Shown in pieces: positions 1 through 64,000 of a DNA stretch of 64,000 nt. Where the stretch lies: NCBI RefSeq assembly GCF_001194135.2, contig NC_069000.1:17715924-17779923 (forward strand). Direction: 5' to 3'. Every line of letters begins with the position of its first letter. Position 1 is the stretch's first letter. The stretch is from Octopus bimaculoides. Taxonomy: Eukaryota. Under the pieces are notes generated by a model that did no database searches, was not told the DNA's origin, and was given only the letters and a program-made list of their open reading frames with translations. The position numbers were made by a program, and so were the translations under genes.

Positions 1-120
1 GTGCAGTGCCACGTAAAAGTGTCCATGCAGTGCTACGTAAAAGTGCCTGTGCAGTCTCACATAAAAATGCCCGTGGGCGCCACATAAAAGCGCCCGTGTG
101 GTGCCACATAAAAGCACCAA
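1..120 (+). repeat. ~24-bp degenerate tandem repeat (gcagtgccacgtaaaagtgcctgt) x5, part of an RTE 3' UTR
   Basis: Direct reading; immediately followed by the RTE 3' end. Confidence 0.75.
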
Positions 121-2139
121 GCACACTCTGTAAAGTGGTTGGCATTAGGAAGGGCATCCAGCTGTAGAAATCCTGCCAAATCAGATTGGAGTCTGATGCA
201 GCCCTCACCCAGGGCAGTCGCTGGGGCACCATGTACTAGGGGGCACCAAGGAGGGCATGACAAAGACAAAGAAATTTCCACGACCGTCAACTTGTACACG
301 CCGAAATTCTGCTAGTCAGGGGCACCAGCAACCCTAGGGCCAACCCTGCCCCCACCCGTCCTGCTAACTGTGGTCACACTGTCCAACCAATTATGATGCT
401 CTCACACACACACATTTATGAAGACCAAACCATGTATGTGCAAGATACAAGTAGGTATACATGAACTGCACACTACTTGCAAGTAAATCTGTAGGATGGT
501 ACAAGTGAGTCTGGAGAAAATCCTGTGTTTGCAACCTGCCAAAGATGTGCAAACTGCAATGTAATAGCTTTGTAATCTGTAATGGCTGTTGTTGCTAAAT
601 CATCAACAAAGTCATAGAACGCTGTATTTATCCATGAGTAGTATTCACATCTTTGTGTTTATTAGTTACATTCAATTTTTCTGTGTATTATTTTCTTAGT
701 CTCATACCACGTGTACTATTTATAGTGGACGATAGCTTTGTAAAGCTGCAGTGATTTATCAACCAGCAGAGATTATGAATAAACCCATTTTTAAATGTTA
801 TGATATAGTTTTATTTATCATGAACTGAATTTGTAGTTCTCTATACTTCATTCCCAGAACGTCAAACGTCAACTCATTGGCATTCTCTTTTCATGACTGT
901 TTTTTTTTTTCCTTTGCAGATGTCGACTTTTGAATGTTCAAATTGAGCACCGACATATAGATATCGCCAGCAATGAAGTTCCGGCGAATGTCATGGCCAT
1001 TGTCCCTAGTTCAGCAAAAGAAAAAAAAAATTAATGACGTGCACAGAATTAAATTCAGTATTTCTTCATGTTGGTGAAATGCCATAGATTAATATATGCT
1101 ATATGCAGTGTATAAAATGGCTACATTTTTGTGAGACAAAAATAACCATTTTTTTTAATAAAGACGCGCTTAAATGTAAAGGACAAACATGTGAATCTTT
1201 CAAAAGTAACAACATTTTTGTTCGTTGCCAATGATCCAAACATTAAAAAAAAATCTCTTTATTGTTAATAGGTCTCCTTTGTGGGGATGATGGATTGGCA
1301 AAAACGGTAGAACTCTGAACAGAATGCATTGTATTTAGTTACGGTTTTTACGTTCTGATTCCTAAATCCCACCAGAGTTGACTTTATCTTTCACCCGACA
1401 GAGTGTCACTAAAATAAAGTACTCCATCTAATACTGGAGCCAATAGAATCGACAATTCTCTTCCCACAAATCTGAGGGTTGTTAGAAGTAATTTGCCTTT
1501 GTAATAAAACTTTCGTTTTTATTACATTGACTTTTATTTCAAAATATTCTAAGTTCGTGGTAGAACGGCACATCTATGCAAAGATACTTTGTAAAGTAAA
1601 TAAACGATTCAACTGTTTCACATAGAAAGCCAGACAAAGTTGATAAAAGTTTCAAAATGCTAGGTGATGGCATATTTGATATCGTGACCTGCTTAATCCC
1701 TTAAATGTGTTAACACTAACTTAACTATTACTTTTCATGTGGATGGCGTGTCCGAGTAATAAATCTCGGTGAGGATTTATTTCTCATGTTCTCCACCCTA
1801 AGTACTTTCATCGTATATACTGCCTGAGATTAATATTAATTTCATTAATTCACTGATAGTCAATGGTAACGATAAATCGTATCCCCATGAAAGTAGCATA
1901 AAAAAAAGCTATAAATAAAACACTGAACACTCCCTGTTAGGGTTGTGTGTAAAATTAGAAACAAAGGGTTTTATGTTAAGCAAGATAACTACATATATTT
2001 ACTTCATAAAAATCCTTGCTTTTTTTATGAGCTTAAAATCATTTTAAATGTTTTCGTGTATTTTTTAGCTAATTTTAAAATTCTCTTAAAATAGAAGGAA
2101 TTATATCTGAAAAATATTCCGCATTTTCGTAACAAGTAA

Positions 2140-2268
2140 CATCGCAGTATGGCGTCGCGGCCAACACACGTGGCTTGATACCTTCTCATTTATTTCTCTC
2201 ATCGTGAAACATTTCATTTGATTTCCCCACTTCATTTCCCGCACATTTTATCCTTCATCAAGTTTGAG
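2140..2268 (+). promoter_or_regulatory. Putative promoter/5' UTR of NSUN2 (possibly shared with MDN1): YY1-like ATGGCG (2149-2154), E-box CACGTG (2167-2172), pyrimidine-rich leader
   Basis: Motifs read directly in a CpG-dense patch in AT-rich DNA just upstream of the first ATG exon. The TSS is not determinable from sequence. Confidence 0.5.
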
Positions 2269-56966
<54,698 letters not shown>

Positions 56967-57030
56967 AACTCCTGTATTCATTACATCATATTCATCATTC
57001 TTGATGCATTTAAGATGTCATCTAAAAAGG

Positions 57031-57036
57031 AATAAA
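57031..57036 (+). terminator. NSUN2 candidate poly(A) signal AATAAA
   Basis: 65 nt after the stop codon; it sits in an A-run, so it may be incidental. Confidence 0.4.
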
Positions 57037-57142
57037 AAAAAAAATTATTAAAATCTGTCACATCTCCGCTTTCAATTTTCATCATCGTTTTATGTTGTTG
57101 TTGAGCTTTAAAGCAGTTCTGATCAGGCATAACGATCTTTTA

Positions 57143-57271
57143 TCTTTTGCCAACAAATTGGCAAAATTGATCATTTAGGTGATCTAAAAGAAGCCTAACC
57201 TTATAGACTTTATTACAAGGATCGAGTTTACTGTTGTCGTTGAAATGCAGATATTGATCTATTTTCTCAAA
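57143..57271 (-). mobile_element. piggyBac transposase relic
   Basis: FEKIDQYLHFNDNSKLDPCNKVYKVRLLLDHLNDQF matches the PGBD motif F..I...LHF.DN...D...KVRP..D.LN..F. Confidence 0.75.
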
Positions 57272-60200
57272 CATATTTATATTCATCATCATCATCAAAG
57301 TTGTGAGCTGAGCATGCTGGGCAAAATGTTTACTTGTATTTTGTCTGTCTTTACATTCTGAGTTCAACTTTGCCTTTTATCCTTTCAGGGTCAATAAAAT
57401 AAGTTCCAATCAAGAACTGGGGTCAATGTAATCGACTGGTCCCCTACCCCAAAATTTCAGGCCTTGCACCTATAGTAGAAAAGATCAGCAGCAGCAGTAG
57501 AATGGTGAGCTAGCAGAAGTGTTAGTGGATTGGACAAAATGCTTAAGCACATTTCTTCCAGTTTTATATGTTCAAATTCTACCAACCTTTTAAGGTTACT
57601 AAAAACAATTACCAGTCAAATGCTATGGTCAATGTAATCGACTTGTCCTCTCTCCCAAAATGTTCAGCTTTCTGCTTATAGTAGAAAGGATTATTATTAT
57701 TATAGGGCAGTAGTTTGGCAGAATTGTTAAAGTTGGACAAAATGCCTTGCTGTTATTCTTTTACATGTTTCAGTCATTTGACTGTGGCCCTGCTGGAGCA
57801 GTGCCTTTAGTCAAAGAAATTAACCCCAAAACATATTCTTTGTAAGTCTAGTACTTATTCTATCAGTGTCTTTTGCTGAGTCGCAAAGTTTTAAGGACAT
57901 AAACACACCAACATTGGTTGTCAAGTGATGGTAGGGGAACAAACACAGAGACACATACACATAAATATATATACACATATACAACACGCTTCTTTCAGTT
58001 TCCATCTACCAAATCCACTCACAATTCTATTGTCAATCTGAAGCTATAGTAGAAGGCACTTTCCCAAGGGCCATGCAGTAGGACTGAACCCAGAACCATG
58101 TGGCTGGGAAGCAAGCTTCTTACCACAAAGCCAAGCCTGCACCTACATACTGAATTCAAGTTCTGCTGAAATCAGCTTCACCTTTCATCTATCTAGGATC
58201 AATAAAATAAAGAGCCTGTGAACCCATTCTCCCTTCAAAGATTGTTGGTCTTGTGCCTAAATCATAAACCATCATTAAGGCAAACTAGCAGACTTCTTTG
58301 ATTTTCAGGAAAAAAAATACCACACGACATAGGTGTGGCTGTGTGATAAGAAGTTTGCTTCACATCACATGGTTCTGGGCTCAACCCCACTGTGTGATAC
58401 CTTGGGTAAGTGTCTTCTACTATAGCCTCAAGCTGACCAAAACCTTGCGAGTGGATTTGGTAAACAGAAACTAAAAGAAGCCCATCATATATATATGTGT
58501 CTCTGTGTCTGTGTTTGTCCCCCACTACTGCTTGACAACCAGTGTTGGTGTGTTTACAATCCTGTAACTTAGCAGCTCGGCAACAGAGACTGATAGAATA
58601 AGTATCAAGCTTAAAACAAAAAGAATACTGAGATTGATTCATTTGATAAAAAATTCTTTATGACAGTGCCCTAACATGGCTGCAGTCTAATGACTGAAAC
58701 AATTAAAGATAAAAGATGGTATTTCTTCTGGCTTTTTATATTTTTAGATCAAATCCCACTAGAAACTGTCAGTACACATGATTCCTCTAATGGTTACAAA
58801 TATTACAAGAGAGCTAATCATTTCATCATAGGGTAAAGGCCCCCTTCAGTAATGAATGGCCATGGGATTGTACCTAGAAAGTTCACAAGTCCAGGCAAGG
58901 TTGTTCATGGAAGACCAGCAGTTACTCATGCATGCCAGCCTCCCCGCTCCACACCACCAATGTTATCCAAGGCAAAAGCTAATACAGCTCGGCACTAGTG
59001 ACGTCACAACTCATTTCTACAGCTGAGTGAACTGGAGTAACATGAAATAAAGTGTCTTGCTCACGAACACAGCACACAGCCCAGTCCAGGAATCGAATTC
59101 ATTGCCTCGTGATTGGGAGTTCAATGTTTTAACCACTGAGCCATGCACCTTCACAAGGAAAATGAGGCAGGATTAGAAATTTCAAATTAAATTTAAAGAT
59201 TTATAAAGGAAAAGATACATAGAATTCACATATTTGACTTTTTATATCTTTATTTACTTAATATGAAGCTCTGAAATTTTCCACTCATTGGTAATCATGT
59301 ATAGTATTTTTAGAAATCACCAGGATAACATAACTTGTGACTTATTACTGTATTTTCTGGCAAACAAGTCAATGCAATATATTTAATGGAAATGTAGTGT
59401 AACCATTCAAATACTATCACAATCTTTCTACATTCTGTTGCTTTTCACATGAAATTTTTGGTCCTCCAAAATTGACCTTCCCATTTTTGGCTGTAAATTT
59501 AATCTGAAAAATTCAACTTGTATGCTAGAAAACACAGTATTTAAATATTTTATGAAGTGAGACATTTCATTAAAGATAGAAATAATTAATCTGGAGGAAA
59601 TCCATGCCAATGTTGTCCTTTTTTTTCACAGAACATTAGTAGAATTTGTTGAAAATTTTTGACAAGTCTCTTAATTTTAAAGTTTCACTATTTGTAGACT
59701 GTTGTAAGCAGACTTATGTTATTTAAATGTAAAAGTCACAATGACCTGATACATGGGACATATATAGAGTAAGCTTTCTGCTTCCTGTAACAAATTATCA
59801 TTATTTGCTAACACGGTCAGTGGGTGTTGAAGAACGATATTTTTCTGAAACATTAAAATTAAACAAAAGACAAACACATGATAAATTACTTTACAGGATT
59901 GTCTTTTTGTTATTTTTTTTTGTTACTTTTATTCTTACAATGGCTTCAACTTTATGAGATCACAACAATTCATTTATTACAAAGTAATGAAAAATATAAT
60001 GGGCGAAATGGGTTTCAAAGATAAATATACTTTGGTGATAAAGGTTTCTTTTTTTTTTTTTTTTTTTTGATACTGCACATGATTTGACTCAGAGATATTT
60101 CACTGGCTCATTTAAACATATCAGATGCCAAATGGTCAGTAAATAATCTATTGCTTTTAACAGCAATCTATAATAAAGGAATTTTATATGGTACATAGAG

Positions 60201-61437
60201 AAAAGAGAGCTAAAGGATAAATTATCAATCATTTTTCATCTCACACTTATTCTTCCATCAGTGTTAGTCACTGAACCAAGCCCAAACTGAAGCACCGCCT
60301 TCAAGAATGTTACTTGATTGCAATGACTACCATTTATCAGGTAATTATTTGATATATTTTGGAGGAAGGTGAAAAGCAGTCAACTAGATGTAAAGGGATA
60401 CAACTGAGACATAAATTACCACAAGGTATTTTTTTTTGTTCAACACTGTGATTTTGTTTTCCATGCCATTCCAACACATGCACACACACATACACGTGTG
60501 TATGTGTGTAAAAGCATGAGAGCCAGTGATTACAGTGTTTGGCTCATTTATCATATGGTCATGAGTTCAGTTCTTGCACTGAGTGGCACATTGTGTCCTT
60601 GAGCAAGGCACTTTATTTCACATTACACCAGTCTACCCAGCTATGATGAGAACCAGCCAGATGTTGGCACAGTTCTCTCTCTCTCTCTTCCTACACACAC
60701 ACACACACCAATTGTCACATTATGAATCTTCTACATGTCTATGTCTGCTTATAACTACATAGGCACCTAAAACAATTAGCAAAAGCATGATAGGACATTA
60801 CCAAGACATACTTGCTCTTAGGTGGTGGCTTGCTGTTTTTTTTTTTCTGTATATACATATACACCTGATGAGTTTTGGCACAGTTTCTGACTACTAAATT
60901 TCGCTCACAAGACTAGCTTGGGAAACACTATCCAAAGGTGTAGAAGAAGGGACTTAAGCATGAAACCATCAGGTCGCAAAGTAAAAATAGAACATTTTAA
61001 CCTTATACCAGCTAAATTTTCAAAATGCAGAAAAAAATATTTATGAGTCTTTTACTGTTTATTTAAGGGTAGGAATATGTTTCATGTAAAAATATTAAAT
61101 TTTCTAACATATGTCTATAATTCTGCACCAATGCTGTCTTATTATAATTGCTTGCATGCAATAATGTTGTTTACGTGTAAAGAATCTTTAGAGCCTGTCC
61201 ATTTTTTTGCTTTTATTTTCTTTCAATAAGAGCATAGTATTTGAAGCATCATGAACTTATTAAAAATTAACTTAAGAGTCACACTAAATCCACTAACACC
61301 TGGAAAAGAAAATATTCCATTGATTATCACTTCCAGTTGGAACTGTTAAAAAGGTAGCATTAAATGAGAAACATTGATTCAGATAAAAAATCCAGTTTGA
61401 AGCACATATGTGTGTGTGTATGAAATTTGAAGACCAA

Positions 61438-62093
61438 TCAATTTGTAGAGGCTACAACATCAGATAGATTAAGGCAACAGTCAGGTAGTGTGAGGAATTC
61501 TTTCGTATTCTCTGAAATTGGTAAAAATTGGAAAGCAGAAATTTTGTAATGCAATAACTTCCGAATTTCTAAGCGACATATGTGTAAGAGTCTGTTAGGG
61601 TTGCATGTAACATTCTGTAGAGTGAGAATAAATGGTTTGTCAGGAAATGAATCTGATGTGTCATGGAAGGCACTATTACAAGAAATCATGTGCTGCCAAC
61701 AAGTATCAGTCTGAAGATTATAACCAGCACGAACCAGCAATCGAATGCTGTGTTTGCGCTCGTCTAGTAAATTATTACCAGCTTCACATGACATTAAAAT
61801 AGCAAGAGGTGTCAACCCAGCATGGTTTCTGTTATTAGATATGGCACCATAAAATATTAAGTTCTTCAAAATAAGTGGGTGATAGTAATCACAGGCAAGA
61901 TGTAGAGGGGTCTCCATAAAACTATTTAATATGTTAATATCAGCTCCACATTCAAGTAAGGTTTGAACAACTTCTAAGTGACCATATTGTACAGCCCAAT
62001 GTAGACAAGTGTTCTGTACATCTCTGTAGTCCAGACTGCCTCCTTCTTCTTCTTCTATTTGATTTCCTGGGATTTGACAGTTCACATTGGCTC
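61438..62093 (-). CDS. Ankyrin repeat and SOCS box (ASB-type) protein, terminal exon
   Basis: Acceptor atttcAG|GA at 62095-94. Ankyrin repeats TCLHWAVQYGHLEVVQTLLECGADIN and TPLHLACDYYHPLILKNLIFYGA; C-terminal SOCS box PNRLLHICRLEIRKLL...LPISENTKEFL. Confidence 0.9.
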
Positions 62094-62653
62094 CTGAAAT
62101 CATAGAAATTAATTAAAAAAATAAGCAAAAATGTTATAAATCTTTAAATAAACAAGAATAAATAAATTGGGCTCATATCTGGGACAGGGCTGCTATAACC
62201 TACACACACATCCTAAACTGCATTCAAAAGAGGCCAATTTAGCTGATTTATAGACTCACTCACCAACACACTACCAACTCTGGATGTAGACAGGTTGTTG
62301 TTGCTTCTCATTGCTTATTTTACTACTCCTACAGTAGTTTCTGCTCTTTTAAACTAGCTAACACTATACTCTTTTCACCCAAGCCCACAAAACCAAACAT
62401 TTCTTCTTGCTGTCACACCTCCCATACTCCACACTAAACACTTTAACCAATTTTCTTTCCCCTGAGCTATAACTATCTTTAATTTGCCCGCCCATCTATG
62501 TTTTTTCCAATAGATGTTTAAATGAAACATCAACCATTGCAATTACACCAATCTGGAAGAAGTGCCTGAACAAGTCATAAGCCCTGACCTGCTCTCCTGT
62601 CTATCTTATCAAACAAAAATGTTAGTATTAAAGTGTAATGAAGAAATACTATA

Positions 62654-63444
62654 CAAACATACCTCACCTTATGTTGTTAATTGGTTCCAGGAGACATGAC
62701 TCAAGTCAAAAAATAACTTGAGTCGAATTTAACTTGTCTCTGGGCTAGGCTAGGCTGAATTTACTTGTCTCTAGGCTAAACCAATAATAACCATTCCCAG
62801 TTCTATACTTTATATGTGCTAAAATCTTGTCCTTATTATGTACAATCGTCGATACAGTTGTCTGACCCATCCCAAAAGATCGTGCAATTGCTACCACATT
62901 TTCGCGTTTTATCATGGCCAGTTTATCTTCCCGCATTATAGCATGACGCTTAGCACTTTCACTATGAATTTTCTTAGGAGCCATGGGGGCAAAAAATAAA
63001 GTCACAAATGAATGAGAAAGTAGCCGATAAACGGACATAAACAAATCTGAATTCAAAACAATTGCAGGAATCACGAGTGACAATGGTGGATATTGGAATT
63101 GCAGTGCAATATGAGCTCCAAAAGACCGATAAATAAGACAACACAGCTGACTTCATGATTTAGTTCACTAAGCTACATTACTTTATGGTGTATATCTTAA
63201 CATTTACTGTACGTATTTCAATATGATTTTATATGCTTTTATTCTTATTTATTGTACAGTAATATGATTTTATGTGCTTTTAATGGTTTTCTAGTGATTC
63301 TATGATTCCAATATCTGTGGCAGACATGTAAAGTTGAGTAAAATGACTTCACTTGATTTTTATTTTTCCATATATTATTTTTCAAAAACTAACGTATAAT
63401 TCAAAACAACTTAAATCGAAACGACTTAAGCTGAGGTTTGCCTG
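62654..63444 (-). mobile_element. Tigger/pogo-type DNA transposon deletion derivative in the last ASB intron
   Basis: TA-flanked TIRs (CAAACATACCTCACCTTATGTTG / CAGGCAAACCTCAGCTTAAGTCG); CENP-B-type HTH start MAPKK...NVVAIARSFGMGQTTVSTIVHNKDKIL. Confidence 0.8.
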
Positions 63445-63495
63445 TATTTAACAATCAAACAAAAAAGGTTTCGAGAAAAACTGAAGCATCCTTAC

Positions 63496-63615
63496 CTGAA
63501 GAAACCAATAGCTTGAGCATATCTAGTTTCTTGTCCTTGCAAGCTAAGAATAATGGATTGAAGTATTCTCGGACACCACTTTTGGATACCCAGCCCTGAC
63601 AGTTAATGTTGACTC
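63496..63615 (-). CDS. ASB-type gene, penultimate exon (GVNINCQGWVSKSGVREYFNPLFLACKDKKLDMLKLLVSS); upstream exons outside window
   Basis: Acceptor ttttaatatAG, donor G|gtaagg. The 120-nt phase 1-1 exon encodes one ankyrin repeat and joins the terminal exon in frame (SSG-ANVNCQ). Not in the ORF track. Confidence 0.88.
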
Positions 63616-63666
63616 CTATATTAAAAATAAAAAAAATTTTCTTTCTGAATTATGGTATTATTATTA

Positions 63667-64000
63667 TTGCAAACTACCTCGTCGACGAGTGACAGGGACC
63701 TTCTCTTTGTGGCTGGAGACTTCAACGGTCATGTCGGACGTCGTGCTGGAGGCTATGGCTTCGGTTCCCGCAACGAGGAGGGAACCAGACTGCTGGAGTT
63801 CTGTGATGCAACCGATCTTATGGTCTGCAATACCAACTTCAGGAAACCTGCCAGTCACCTAGTCACCTACCGCTCCGGCAGACACTCTAGCCAAATCGAC
63901 TACATCCTCGCCAGAAATAGGGAAAGAGGGCGGCTTATAAATGCCAAAACCTACCCTGGCGAAGAATGTACCCCACAACATAGATTAGTAGTTAGCGACT
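63667..64000 (+). mobile_element. RTE-clade LINE apurinic endonuclease domain, in an ASB intron (antisense), continues beyond the window
   Basis: Open frame LFVAGDFNGHVG...GYGFGSRNEEGTRLLEFCDATDLMVCNTNFRK...TYRSG...QIDYILAR...ECTPQHRLVVSD; GC- and CpG-rich, suggesting a young copy. Confidence 0.92.

Noticed and set aside
1-120. CRISPR-like array (also 44229-44335)
   Set aside because: Degenerate tandem repeats without unique spacers in eukaryotic DNA; no cas genes.
900-1165. Possible terminal exon of an upstream gene (strong acceptor ttttcctttgcAG at 918-919, AATAAA near 1159)
   Set aside because: No frame gives a recognisable protein and no upstream exons are in the window; cannot be supported.
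60865-60940. Second hammerhead candidate (CACCTGATGAG...)
   Set aside because: No stem II or correctly placed GAAA.

Overview
AT-rich, intron-rich animal genomic DNA with five N gaps. The repeat families suggest an octopus/coleoid cephalopod, which is an inference from recalled repeats and not a database result. Three genes are supported. (1) NSUN2/Trm4 tRNA m5C methyltransferase on +, with 20 visible coding exons from 2269 to 56966 and one more required exon probably in an N gap. (2) A complete, intronless 5454-codon midasin (MDN1/Rea1; 11290-27654, +) lying inside the ~29.7-kb first intron of NSUN2 on the same strand. It has splice acceptors just upstream of its ATG, its own poly(A) signal and no evident promoter of its own. 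(3) The last two exons of a convergent ankyrin-repeat/SOCS-box (ASB-type) gene on -. Introns are packed with tRNA-derived SINEs, RTE-LINE ends, piggyBac-, Kolobok- and Tigger-type MITEs, and Helitron, Gypsy and piggyBac coding relics. The headline hypothesis is a cholinergic-locus-like unit: one promoter and first exon yield either NSUN2 (splicing across 29.7 kb) or midasin (splicing into a ~16.6-kb terminal exon with intronic polyadenylation). Secondary finds are an inverted SINE pair around NSUN2 exon 2, a tRNA-headed element carrying a decayed Penelope-type hammerhead ribozyme, and a self-nested piggyBac MITE palindrome.
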